Part shown: positions 30,401-41,000 of the stretch, piece after piece | Numbering within the stretch: position 1 is the first letter of the stretch | Layout of the letters: the number at the start of each line of letters is the position of its first letter | Source: a virus | Reading direction: 5' to 3' (one strand) | Length of the DNA stretch: 64,000 nt | Virus record (IMG/VR): IMGVR_UViG_3300007513_002297 | Coordinates: 7,272 to 71,271 of that record | Position numbers and translations under genes: made by a program | The notes under the pieces: generated by a model | Told to the model about the DNA's origin: nothing | What the model saw: only the letters and a program-made list of their open reading frames with translations | The model's database searches: none

Positions 30401-33400
30401 GGACTTATACCTTTTGAGCCAGATGAAGCAATTGCCACAGTAACAGCAGCATTGGGCAATCAAATGGAGCAGTTGAAAGTGGATTACGGAACCGATATGA
30501 TTGGGAACGGACCCGGAGAGAAAAATTGGGGACTCGTTAATATGATTTTGTCCGACACCTTGGGGCAACCTCTTACTGTTCATAATCGCAAAGCTTCCAA
30601 TAAGAACAAAGTAATGGACTTTTATACAGGCTTAACTGGAAGTAGCGGCGCCGTATCTTTGGACACGATTCTGGGCTATACCGCCTTTTTATCGCCAATG
30701 GCTGCGCTTATGAGTTTGATGTACGGCGATCCAGAGCCAGAGAAGCAACGTGGAGCTTTCCCTACCAGCGTTGCCAAGTGGCTCCAAGACGATATCATGG
30801 ACAAAGCAGGATATATGTATGATAGTGGGTCTTGGGACGAACGTCGCTTTGGAACATATATATCGTCGGACACTGCGGATGTGATCACCGCTAGTATTAA
30901 TAACGAATGGCAAGCTGATGAAGAATGGAATATGTCAATGGACGACCTTGGGTTTACTGGAATCTTCGGAAGAGATTTAGATCTCTTATCTATTCCCGAC
31001 TTAGGTTATAATATAGAACTCGAATCACAGTTTGATCCAGACAATGATAAAGCCTCGGGCGTCAAATTTATAGAAAAAGGACGCAAAGCGTTACCTGACT
31101 TGGCCATCACTTTTAAAGATAATGCAAAAGGTCTTGCTAGTGTGCCGGTAGGAGAGTATCCGACTGGCTCTAAGGAGCCTGAGGCATCGTCCACTTGGTC
31201 TTACGGCTATGCTGTTGAAGCTTTTTTGGGCGATATGATCGAAGACGACGAGGGCAACATAGTAAATCGTCCGGACGACAACATCCGAATTAAAATCACA
31301 GACCTCTATAATACAGCTGCGAAACTGGACGATGCTGCCAACGATATGGTGAGTCTAGAGGTAAATGAAGACGGCTCACCGGGTGACAACTTCGGAGAAT
31401 CAATATGGACAAATCTAATAAAAGAAGACAAAGTCATCCCGAATCTCAAATATGAATTTCTATCTGTGGATGATACTTTGCTTGATGTGGTGATGTCGCC
31501 TAAGCTTAAAACGATTAATACTTCGCCTGTTGACTCGACAGGAAAAGGCGATGCTTTTAATTTGTTGGATATGTATCCCAACTTTTTGCAAACATTCCAA
31601 GCTCAAAGCGCATATACTCCTCAAACTGTCTTGCTTAAAGAAATGATAAATCGCACCAATGGCACGTCGTTGTCAGACACCGCAGCCGAAACTTTTATAA
31701 ACGACTCCATTCAAACCATGTCACGATTGATATTCCAAGAAATTGGCAACAATTCCGGAAGCTGGGATTATGGCGCTCAATATGATATGTTGAGTGAGGC
31801 GGATGTGGAGTATGGCATTTACGATCTAGAAATGGGAACAGATGAAAACTATCCCGGTTGGGTACCTTATGCGGATTATGAAGTCGATGATGGCGAGGGA
31901 GGAACTCGCGAGTTGAGAAATCGCGACATGAAACTTGGAATAAGTTTTGATCAATACAAAAACGAATATGTTAATGAAACTCCAGACGAAACTCGAGTTT
32001 TCTATTTAGATCCTATGACGTTTGGTGGAAACTATATGAATCCTCCCATTTATATCAAACCACTCGCAAGCGAAGGCTGGCTGGGAATGGTAGATGTATT
32101 GTTCCCAGAACTAAGTCCATGTAAGCCTCAAACTTCTGATTTGGTCGACTTTGGTAATATCCAAGAGATAATTGACGAGATTTATCCTTACATTCCAGAA
32201 GATGAGCGTCTAAAATCCGATCCGGATTGCATCATCGAGCGCCCCTACAATCGAATTTTAATGCGATCTGCAAAAGCTGGATTAGTGGGTCTTATTACAG
32301 CAGCATGTCGCATCTATGCCAGCACTCACATGATCAAAGCGCTGCCGGCTTTCACCACATTTAGTCCTCGATTCCCCGATACTTATAGCTCTGCTTTCGC
32401 ATCTTATATCGTAGAAAACATGGAAACTTCTTTTAAAGATGCCGGCGGAGGCCCCGAATGGGTGAATGCCGTGTTTAGCGATACTGAGTTTTGGTATGCA
32501 TTCTTAGAACAATCTGTGCAACTATATGCAGCTATGGTTGATGAAGGCACCGTTGAAGCTCCTCCCACGGTGCTAGAGGCACTTTTCCGCATTAATGATA
32601 TGCAAGAAGAGTATGAATATCCAGACAAAGAAGACCTTAAAGCTGCTAAAGATACACGAGAAGCCAGTCGCCTTCAGACGCTGAAAAGCTATCGTCAAGA
32701 TATAAATCTAGAAGCTATTCGCGAAACTGAAGAAGATGCTAAATTGGTGTTGAAAGAGTGGGTTTTAGAGCAGCTTAAGTATATGTCCGAAAAATTTATG
32801 GCAAATATGGAAAGATTTAACATGGCGCCTGTTGTCAACAACATCGATTATTATATAATGGACAACTTGTGCGGAATAGATGGAGGGCTTTATGTGGATT
32901 CTGCAGTTAAGCCCGACGGCACTGTGGCTGCAAGTTATGTTGATCTTCCCACTATTCCCATTGAAGAAGATACTGCTGAAGAATATCATGATGCCGAAGC
33001 TGTTGCTTATTATACGGCCGGCGGCGAGTTGGTAGTTGGCGAAGACTTAGATGAAGAAGGTTTGGGCGTTGGAGAAGAATATATCGGATATTATCACGTA
33101 GTGATTGACGAAAACGGTAACCCTAGCTGGATGGCAGGAGAATACCACTCAGATGAAGAAATGCACGATGTGCTGCATCCCTTAGTTAATCAAATCATAG
33201 TTGAGATTGGAGACATCCCCGAATTAGATGTCGGCTCTTATGGGTCCGAGAATCAACTGTTTACCCTTGAAAAGTATATTTCTATTGATGGGGTACGCTA
33301 CGCCCCCACGGCGGCTACAACCATAGTTAAAGGTTACAGCGATCTTAGTGTGAATTTGTCTGAAGTTTATCCTGGTACCATGAAGACAGTAAGGGACGAT

Positions 33401-34204
33401 AACGGACGAGAAGTAGGAATAGAAGGCGTCCTAGGTGTCCGCTATGGTGTCCAATTTTCAGCCTTTATAGACGGCACTCCTTATGAAATCACAGCAGTGG
33501 AAGTTGATGCGCTAGATTTGCCACTTTCTAAGTTTTCTAATTTAAATGCTGACAGTAAGTTGTTGTTATGTTTACTTAATCTCTTAAAAGAAGATGAAAA
33601 GTTCAAACTTGTGACGCGTTATATCGTGCCTTTTAACAAGCTTACTTCTATAGCTGCAATTTATACCGATATGGGCTTGTTGCCTTCTATCGGGGAAGTC
33701 ACCGTTGCAAAGGGCGGCACTTATGAATCTGTTTTCCCGTGGACCGAAGCTGCTGGAAATTATATGGAGGGCGTCAACAAGCCAGGATTGGCGGCTACAG
33801 TAACTCTTGGCGAGGTCACCGTAGATGAGGAAACAGAGAGCGTAGTTGAGAATGTAAGTTTGGATGCCGCTAGCGCAGAGGTTGTTGGAGCTTGGTCTTC
33901 CAAGAAGGATAGGAACGTTGTGTCTTTATTTTGGTTAGAATTTGACGCATGGGATCAAGTTCTTTTGAGGAACTCTTCCGGTAGAATTAAAAAGCTGTTT
34001 AGATCCTATTATAATTCGCGAGATTTTAACCCAGACGATATTGGTAAAGGCATTAGAGGCGGACCTGGACAATTATTCTTTAACAAGATGCGGGGCTTAT
34101 TAAAGCCGGCCCCTGGAAAACGTTTATTGCCGAGGTGGAGAAGGCGCCGACTAAGATCAAATCCATTTAATGCGAATGGAGAACTTTGTGAAAAAGAAAG
34201 TTGA
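27404..34204 (+). CDS. Giant acidic virion protein (2266 aa), function unknown
   Basis: Uninterrupted ORF in baseplate module; D/E-rich and Cys-rich, with hydrophobic helices. Confidence 0.75.
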   Translation: MSESKFLPFQDANGDGLIDVCDEIVAPEVVACPECTPNPAALVPDWLTRDIYEPFLNEKLCKYQVTVTTSETTTRSPEDGDEAAAKLALDELYEESAETAILALLTVYNKDQSSTSVSAIKEVIEYTQFSLDVRPKSRLKLLYSVPKENLDALDDAEEEEEEDDAEAGDIIVTFPANELGPMMMRIRKTLRLYNRYLKTYRAVDNSNLLFLEDNSVFPLEIYGDWGGGMAKTEVMSKVLPQLDGFLNNYGYNIGNVGGLGNAGSGIWHGGDRLTEITFTFDSDYIIKKLKFFTEGCGEKPTIYTEDSGKIKKLKAESAWKDRTAMGYLISLREMDAEIQGRVAPNWIEFLKKYTYPEIYETDTVAYDSSPASCIGEALFNEGKQLGQDILDEVFSLGDALAYKFKDQICKKSLGEAMEEQASLGVIYDPNAQEDVNWYTMAQMQAFQTLEADEQVFMTFCARVLGMGSGLGDGDAVAMLDALWSEGFDDFKLCGLMSFLTEAINCLMGGLTLEEALTPIVESALAGMQINNFGDLFIGLPPEKQIELDELVKKNLESGNIFKDDSSLQAFSDSLAPSGGEGGDAVGEMDNAWQIVKPWEDDNLSESERWMDSTGMTSAELQDPTKETRTLAQQFDVGSEENRNQLSSSIVMQAYVKALLEVYQDNLLELVDEINKFPGAQMIANLLAFIDCPRPAFFNPSVMDFIKDIELPFCREMSDINFPRLVNPFGWFPKWVDIVQAIQVAFMAALQQLVITIIMKLIVKVCELIGNALCKALEMAGDLLEALATPGDCTQFSDMVREALCGENATDDAVNDTMVDMIGTLGVGAAAWADHDQTLAFAEDIGCSVTRKELADAMLGEMSNDMAAALVSLVENEYPDFQEALPHEEAVKSMMKGCGNLLPADFKDGLRDFVNQLPENDVMPAHPSLCATPEQLEDFCALRAELLSDRASPEQIAEMCDNLRETAKEDLGDLWRAANDFEGYIEDNMPPIISDPGCDNGLIPFEPDEAIATVTAALGNQMEQLKVDYGTDMIGNGPGEKNWGLVNMILSDTLGQPLTVHNRKASNKNKVMDFYTGLTGSSGAVSLDTILGYTAFLSPMAALMSLMYGDPEPEKQRGAFPTSVAKWLQDDIMDKAGYMYDSGSWDERRFGTYISSDTADVITASINNEWQADEEWNMSMDDLGFTGIFGRDLDLLSIPDLGYNIELESQFDPDNDKASGVKFIEKGRKALPDLAITFKDNAKGLASVPVGEYPTGSKEPEASSTWSYGYAVEAFLGDMIEDDEGNIVNRPDDNIRIKITDLYNTAAKLDDAANDMVSLEVNEDGSPGDNFGESIWTNLIKEDKVIPNLKYEFLSVDDTLLDVVMSPKLKTINTSPVDSTGKGDAFNLLDMYPNFLQTFQAQSAYTPQTVLLKEMINRTNGTSLSDTAAETFINDSIQTMSRLIFQEIGNNSGSWDYGAQYDMLSEADVEYGIYDLEMGTDENYPGWVPYADYEVDDGEGGTRELRNRDMKLGISFDQYKNEYVNETPDETRVFYLDPMTFGGNYMNPPIYIKPLASEGWLGMVDVLFPELSPCKPQTSDLVDFGNIQEIIDEIYPYIPEDERLKSDPDCIIERPYNRILMRSAKAGLVGLITAACRIYASTHMIKALPAFTTFSPRFPDTYSSAFASYIVENMETSFKDAGGGPEWVNAVFSDTEFWYAFLEQSVQLYAAMVDEGTVEAPPTVLEALFRINDMQEEYEYPDKEDLKAAKDTREASRLQTLKSYRQDINLEAIRETEEDAKLVLKEWVLEQLKYMSEKFMANMERFNMAPVVNNIDYYIMDNLCGIDGGLYVDSAVKPDGTVAASYVDLPTIPIEEDTAEEYHDAEAVAYYTAGGELVVGEDLDEEGLGVGEEYIGYYHVVIDENGNPSWMAGEYHSDEEMHDVLHPLVNQIIVEIGDIPELDVGSYGSENQLFTLEKYISIDGVRYAPTAATTIVKGYSDLSVNLSEVYPGTMKTVRDDNGREVGIEGVLGVRYGVQFSAFIDGTPYEITAVEVDALDLPLSKFSNLNADSKLLLCLLNLLKEDEKFKLVTRYIVPFNKLTSIAAIYTDMGLLPSIGEVTVAKGGTYESVFPWTEAAGNYMEGVNKPGLAATVTLGEVTVDEETESVVENVSLDAASAEVVGAWSSKKDRNVVSLFWLEFDAWDQVLLRNSSGRIKKLFRSYYNSRDFNPDDIGKGIRGGPGQLFFNKMRGLLKPAPGKRLLPRWRRRRLRSNPFNANGELCEKES

Positions 34205-34233
34205 GTATAATTATAACAACGAGGTGAAGTAAA

Positions 34234-34602
34234 GTGGCAGGATTAGCTCCCAAATTACCACTGACGTATGATTCCGTCAATGGGTTTAGTTTAATAACAG
34301 GCTTTCGCGGGCTAGCTAAACAGAATTTTAAAATGCTGATTTTAACAATTCCAGGGGAGAGAGTAATGGATCCAAACTTTGGCGTAGGCATAACTCAGTT
34401 TCTATTTAATAATTTTCAAGCCGACACTTATATGCAAATAGATAGCAAAATCCGAGAACAGACCCGAACTTATATGCCTTTTATTGAAATTGTCGATATA
34501 TCTTTTGATTCTACGGGTCAAGACAAGAATTTGTTAGCACTCTCTATCAAATATGCTATTCCAAGAATTGGCGCGAGAGATTTGTTGGAATTCACTATTT
34601 AA
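34234..34602 (+). CDS. Baseplate wedge protein, gp25/GPW-like
   Basis: QN-x-K-x-LILT-x-PGERVMDPNFG signature; GAGGTG SD. Confidence 0.9.
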   Translation: MAGLAPKLPLTYDSVNGFSLITGFRGLAKQNFKMLILTIPGERVMDPNFGVGITQFLFNNFQADTYMQIDSKIREQTRTYMPFIEIVDISFDSTGQDKNLLALSIKYAIPRIGARDLLEFTI

Positions 34603-34617
34603 AATTGAGGATTTTTT

Positions 34618-36417
34618 ATGGCAGATGAACAAAAAAAGATAATTCCCATTGACTACACTCATCGCGAATTTGACAGCATTCGAGATGACCTAGTTGAGAT
34701 TGCTGAAAGGCTTTATCCTGACACGTTTCAAGACTTCAGTGAGGCGTCTTTCGGCGCAATGATGGTTGATGCTGTAGCCTATGTGGGCGATCAGCTTTCC
34801 TTTTATTTAGATTATAACATTAACGAAGCGTTTCTAGACACAGCGTTTCAATATAACAATGTAGTCCGCCACGGACGCATTATGGGCTATAAATATACCG
34901 GCCGCCCATCGACTTATGGCAAAGTGGCATTATTTATTAAAATTCCTGCTTCTTCAACGGGCTTAGGTCCGGACACTGCATATATCCCTATTATTAAGCG
35001 CGGCTCACGATTTACCTCAAACACGGGTTTAAACTTTGTACTGCTGGAAAATATAGACTTTGCGGCTCCCAAGAATACCACTGTTGTGGCTACGACGGAT
35101 TCTTCAACTGGCGCCCCCACTCATTTCGCCATTAAGGCATACGGCAACGTGGTTTCAGGACACTTTGGGCGAGAATTAGTGAGCGTAGGAGGATACGAGA
35201 GATTTAAAAGAGTTACTCTTAAGGCAGGAAATATTTCAGAGATTATTTCTGTGATGGACGGCGAAGGTCATGAGTATTTCGAAGTAGACTATCTAGCGCA
35301 GGATATGGTCTTTAAAGAGGTATCTAATAACAATTTTAAAAACGATAACGTTCCTTCTATCTTAAAGCCTTATTTGGTCTCGCGTAAGTTTGTGGTAGAA
35401 AAAAGCCGAGATCGCACATCTCTTCAGTTTGGAAGCGGAGATGCCGCCGCCTCCAATGTTGTGGCAGATCCTCAAAAAGTGGCATTAGATATTTTTGGAA
35501 AAGATTATGTAACAGACACTACGTTTGATCCCACCAAGCTTTCAAAGAATCGCAGTTATGGAATTGTTCCCACTAATACTTCTTTATCGGTAATATATCG
35601 AGTGACTAATCCTCTTGATTCTAACTTGGGAGTTGGAAATTTAAATAAAGTTTCCTCGGTTAAATTAGAGTTTGCCAACAAAGATGCATTACTGACGGCT
35701 ACCACGAACGATATCAATGCTTCAGTTGAAGTAAATAACGAAGAGCCAATTGTAGGCAGCGTAAGCAATCCCTCAACTAACGAACTTAAAAGAAGAATTT
35801 ATGATACCTTTCCCAGTCAAAATCGTGCAGTAACGCAGGCTGATTATGAGAATATTGCTTACAGAATGCCTGCAAAATTCGGCTCTATCAAACGTTGTTC
35901 GGTACAGCGCGATCCCGATTCAATGAAAAGAAACTTAAACATGTATGTGTTATCAGAAGATGAATTTGGAAAATATGTAGCCTCTAATGGTACCATTAAA
36001 AATAATTTAAAAACTTGGTTGAATCATTATAGAATGATTAATGACACTGTAGACATATTGGATGCTTATATTATTAATTTTGGAATTGACTTTGTTGTGA
36101 CGCCAAGCATTGGCGTTGACAAATATGACTTGTTGGCATCCTGCATTGCTCAACTAAAAAAGAAATTTGGAGGAGCCAAATATTACATCGGTGAACATTT
36201 AATGGTGACAGAGATTTATAGCGAATTAAACAAAGTAAAAGGAATTTTGGATGTGGTTAAAGTTACCGTCACCAATAAAAATGGAGGCGTATACTCGCAG
36301 ACTGAATTCGATATTAATTCAAATTATTCACCAGAAGGGACTTATATTATAGCTCCTAAAAATTGTATATTTGAGCTTAAGTATCCAGATACTGATATTA
36401 AAGGAAAAATTAGGTAA
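34618..36417 (+). CDS. Baseplate wedge protein, gp6/J-like
   Basis: DYT-x-R-x-F-x-SI, AYVGD-x-LSFYLD, FGSG, QNRAVT-x-x-DY. Confidence 0.88.
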   Translation: MADEQKKIIPIDYTHREFDSIRDDLVEIAERLYPDTFQDFSEASFGAMMVDAVAYVGDQLSFYLDYNINEAFLDTAFQYNNVVRHGRIMGYKYTGRPSTYGKVALFIKIPASSTGLGPDTAYIPIIKRGSRFTSNTGLNFVLLENIDFAAPKNTTVVATTDSSTGAPTHFAIKAYGNVVSGHFGRELVSVGGYERFKRVTLKAGNISEIISVMDGEGHEYFEVDYLAQDMVFKEVSNNNFKNDNVPSILKPYLVSRKFVVEKSRDRTSLQFGSGDAAASNVVADPQKVALDIFGKDYVTDTTFDPTKLSKNRSYGIVPTNTSLSVIYRVTNPLDSNLGVGNLNKVSSVKLEFANKDALLTATTNDINASVEVNNEEPIVGSVSNPSTNELKRRIYDTFPSQNRAVTQADYENIAYRMPAKFGSIKRCSVQRDPDSMKRNLNMYVLSEDEFGKYVASNGTIKNNLKTWLNHYRMINDTVDILDAYIINFGIDFVVTPSIGVDKYDLLASCIAQLKKKFGGAKYYIGEHLMVTEIYSELNKVKGILDVVKVTVTNKNGGVYSQTEFDINSNYSPEGTYIIAPKNCIFELKYPDTDIKGKIR

Positions 36418-38021
36418 TGGCTATAAAACGCTATACAGCTTCGGCCGACACCACAATTGTTAATGCTTTTCAGCCGAACATGCAAACGCGCGGCACGGGC
36501 GCCAATATGGGATATGCAGATGTTTTAGAAACTTTTTCTGTATATGGGCGACAAGCTACAGGATCCCAAGAGCTTTCTCGGATTCTCATTCAATTCCCGA
36601 TTAGTACTATTTCGGCTGATAGAACAGCCGGCACTATTCCTGCAAGTGGGAGTGTGACATTCTATTTGCGTATGTACAATGCGCCTCACTCTAAAACAGT
36701 GCCAGAAGATTTTACGTTATCGATTCTGCCTGTGGGTCAATCTTGGCAAGAAGGCGTCGGATTGGATTTAGAAACTTACAAGGATTTGACCAGAGGCAAC
36801 ACTGGTGCCAACTGGATGAGTGCGTCAAATACTGCACCGTGGACCGGTAGCAATTATACTAGTAATGATTGTGTCGGAGGTTCTTATCTCACAGGTTCTG
36901 GAGATCCCAATTTTAAAGTTGCATATGAAGGCGGCTTGTCTGATATAAAGCTCGACATCACACCGTTGGTTGAGCATTGGATGGCTGGCACTATTTCGAA
37001 TTATGGTGTAGGTGTGCACTTGTCTTCTAGTTATGAGGCTAGCGCATCCGTGGGCGCCAATACGGCTTCAGCACCAGTACTGCCGGTTACAGGTGGCGCC
37101 ACCAAATCTTATTTTACGAAGCGATTTTTCGCTCGTGGGACTCAATATTTTTTCAAGAAACCTGCGATTGAGGCTCGATGGGATTCGATAGTTAGAGATG
37201 ATCGAGGCGATTTCTGTTACAGTAGCTCGCTAGCTCCTCCCAGCGACAACATGAACACGCTTTATTTTTACAACTATATTCGCGGCGAACTTAGAAACAT
37301 TCCCGATTTGGGGAGCGATAATCGTGTTTACGTTAGCATGTTTTCCGGAAACGCTGCCAATACGGCTCCATCGGCATCGGCGCTATTGTTGGCAGCCGAC
37401 AATGAAGGTTATGTGCGCTCAGCGGCTCCAACAATTGTAACTGGCGGGCTGGTGTCCACTGGAATCTATAGTGCCTCATTTGCGCTGACAGCGGCATCCA
37501 CCCCTGTGACCACTCTTTATGATGTGTGGTTTACTGGGAGCAATGCGACAGTGGCTACTTCGTCCGCTACTCAATACTTCACGGGAACTGTGGCTCCACA
37601 AGTTGTTAAGCCTACCCAAACCGTTGCTAAGCCAGTTTATTATTTAAATATTACCAATTTAAAAGATAAATATCGTTCTAATGAAACTGCTCGATTTAAC
37701 TTATATATTAGAAATAAATTTTGGAGCCCCAACATTTACACGGTAGCTACCACCACACCAGAAAGCACCACCATCCACAGTGCTTCTTATAGGGTTTATA
37801 GAGTGATGGATGCTTATGAAGCGGTCCCATATCACACTGGTTCAGACTTGGCCACGGGTCTTTCTTATGATGTGTCTGGAAATTATTTTGATTTTGATAT
37901 GAATTTATTAGAGCCTGGATATGCATATGCATTTAAATTTGCTTTTTATGATCCTGCATTAAGTTCATGGACGGAGCAACCAGAAGTCTTCAAGTTCAGA
38001 GTAGAGAGTTATGAGTATTAA
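36417..38021 (+). CDS. Virion structural protein (DNRLRE-like N-terminal domain)
   Basis: A-x-ADTTI, SRILIQF, LDIT-x-LV-x-x-W, NYG pattern; S/T-rich. Confidence 0.6.
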   Translation: MAIKRYTASADTTIVNAFQPNMQTRGTGANMGYADVLETFSVYGRQATGSQELSRILIQFPISTISADRTAGTIPASGSVTFYLRMYNAPHSKTVPEDFTLSILPVGQSWQEGVGLDLETYKDLTRGNTGANWMSASNTAPWTGSNYTSNDCVGGSYLTGSGDPNFKVAYEGGLSDIKLDITPLVEHWMAGTISNYGVGVHLSSSYEASASVGANTASAPVLPVTGGATKSYFTKRFFARGTQYFFKKPAIEARWDSIVRDDRGDFCYSSSLAPPSDNMNTLYFYNYIRGELRNIPDLGSDNRVYVSMFSGNAANTAPSASALLLAADNEGYVRSAAPTIVTGGLVSTGIYSASFALTAASTPVTTLYDVWFTGSNATVATSSATQYFTGTVAPQVVKPTQTVAKPVYYLNITNLKDKYRSNETARFNLYIRNKFWSPNIYTVATTTPESTTIHSASYRVYRVMDAYEAVPYHTGSDLATGLSYDVSGNYFDFDMNLLEPGYAYAFKFAFYDPALSSWTEQPEVFKFRVESYEY

Positions 38022-41000
38022 AAAACTTTTTGATTCAACCAATAAAAGCAGAAATTATTTATCCGATACCGATCAAAAAGATGCTTTTGAGAGTGTAGAG
38101 TCGGCAAGAAATGCCCGCGCAATTAAAACCACTCAAGACACTTTCATCCCACAGGTAAATTATGAAAAGCCTGTAAATTTTGCTAAATACGGCTCGGCAT
38201 ATCTTTATTATAAATCTGCAATTGAAAGAATTCACGATTATTACCCATATGATGGGTCAGATGCAGAGATAAACGAATTCTATAATGGTTGTCTTCCTAT
38301 AGAACAATACCTTTTCGATAGTAAGTATCCGCGCACAACGGGGTACATTACGATGAGCGCTGGAGGGTGGGGATCTCGAACTAATGTGTTGGCTGCTAGC
38401 GGCGGCTATGGTTCATCAAGTGCTTCCGAGTATATTACTTTTTATGGCGGACCCAACACCATCACCCACACAAAGCTTCAGGATGTTTTTCCAAACCCAT
38501 ATGACGACAAATATCAATATTCCAACATATACGATACAGACATTTATACTACTGAAGGGCTTCCGACCACTTACGGTTCAGGCTCTCGCGAATCAAACCT
38601 TAAAAGCGATTTTGATAAAGGCGTAACTGTAGAGTTTTGGTTTAAAACTGGCTCGACTAATCCTGTGGCCACATATGCCAACAAAACTCAAAAAGAAGTA
38701 ATTTTTGATTTATGGAACAACGAGCTTAGCTCAAGTGCAGATTATGGACGTATTACTATTGGGATTAATTCCTATACGGCGTCTTCACCATTTTATGTAA
38801 CAGTGCAATCGGGGACTGCCGCTAGCTATAACGTTTCAGGGTGTTTTGAGCAAGCCATCGGTACGGGCTCGTGGACAGGTTCTTTCACAGATGATACTTA
38901 TTGTTTGTCATCATGGAAGCATTATGCCTTTTCAATGTTCAACTCTGGTAGTGATTTTCTTATTAAACTGCACGTAGATGGCGAATTAAAGGATACTTAC
39001 ACCTCTTCATCAATGACATTGGGAGCCCTCAACTCTAAAAACATGATGGGTCGTATTGGCGGACTCTTGACTGCTCCTTCGGGAACTATAGGATCCACCG
39101 GTTCTGGAAGCACTGCTGCCACAGTTAATGCCTTGTATGCTGGTGCCGGCAAACTAGAGGGAGCACTCGACGAATTTAGATTTTGGAAAGTACGCCGAAA
39201 CTCTAATGAAATTGCGCGATACTGGAAATCGCAAGTAAGAGGTGGCACAAACACAGATATTTCTAATACGACCTTAGGGGTCTATTATAAATTTAACGAG
39301 GGTATAACGACCGATACGACTACGGATAGCATCGTTTTAGACTACTCAGGTCGCGTAAGTAACGGCGCGTGGACCGGATACGTAGCTAGTTCGCGTAATA
39401 CAGGATCTGCGCTGGTTTCTTCTAGCGCGAGAACCGAAGAATATTTAGATCCCATTGTATATTCGACTCATCCTAGTGTTACTAGTTTAAAAACTGATTT
39501 GCTCAATAAGGGCGAAAAATACGATTTTACTAATAACTCTGCATTTGTAAATATGATGCCGTCTTGGGTACTGGAAGACGATGAAGGTTTAACAAGTGAT
39601 TTGAGAAAAATGTCTCACATTGTGGCCACATATTTAGACAAGTTAAGGCTTCAAATTGAAGCGGTACCGAGTTTTAAAGGAAGTATATACACCACAGCTT
39701 CAAGCGCTCCTCTTCCATTTGCTCAACACCTACCTCAATCTTTAGGGCTTTATACTCCCGATCTTTTTATTGATGCCACGGTAATGGAAAAGTTTTTAAA
39801 TCGCGATCAAGATACTTTCTTTGAAGGGGATTTAACAGAAACAAAAAACCTCATCTATCTCAATTTGTACAATAACCTTGCTAGTATCTATAAAGCTAAG
39901 GGCACGGAAAAGGCTATTAAAAATGTTTTTAGATGTTTTAATATGGACGATAAACTTCTTCGTTTAAAAACATATGCAAACAATCAAGTTTATGATTTAC
40001 AAGATAACCTTAAACAATATATTTATGAAGATACTGCTATCAATCATAATCTCGCTGCTAATATACAAGGTGTCGTATATCAGCGCAAAGAAGCTGGAGA
40101 TGCCAACTCTTTAGGATATATTTCGGGTACCTATGGTCGTACTGTGGAAGGCGGCTCGGCAGCAGTTCGCGAAGGAAATTATGGATTCACAGCTGAAGCC
40201 AGTATTGTCTTTCCTACTTTTGATATGCGCAGCGAGAATGCCCTAGTTAATCGCGAATTTTTAACTTCCTCTCTCTTTGGAATGCACACTATCATAACCA
40301 GTTCTAATACTTCAAAGTTGGGAACTGACACACGGTTTCCTTCGGGCTCTCAAGACTACGCAAACTTCCAAGTCTTGGCAATTCGCGATGAAAAGAATTC
40401 TAAAAATGTTAGATTTCAACTATCAGCATCTAATGATCCGTTTGCTGGGCAATTTACTGAACTCACAAGTAGTACTTTCTTTAATGTTTATGATAACGAA
40501 GAGTGGCACTTTTCTGTCAGAATGAAGCCGACCAATTATACTCTTACAAATATGGTTGATGGCTCAGGTGTTTATAGTTATATATTAGAGTTTAGAGGCG
40601 TTAATGCTGTTTTGGATACCATTCAAAATAGCTTTGTAGTGACCGCTTCTATTGGCAAGGATGCCGGTCAGAATTTTCTTCAATCGGCAAAAAGGTTATA
40701 TGCCGGCGCACGCAGAACAAACATCACTGGCGCCACACTGAATCCTAGTGATGTTTTGTTTGGAAGCATGAAATATTATGCCAAATATATAGAAGATGGC
40801 ACCCTGGATCAACACCTCTATAATGAAAGAAATGTTGGAGTTTCAGCTTCTTATCAGAACCTTTCCGCGTTAGATAGTAGCCTTACAGATGCAGATGTGC
40901 TTAATAGTAACACCTTAGCACTTAATTGGACTTTTGATAATATCACCTCTTCTAATGCTGCCGGCAATTTTGGATATGTACAAGATGTAAGTTCTGGCTC

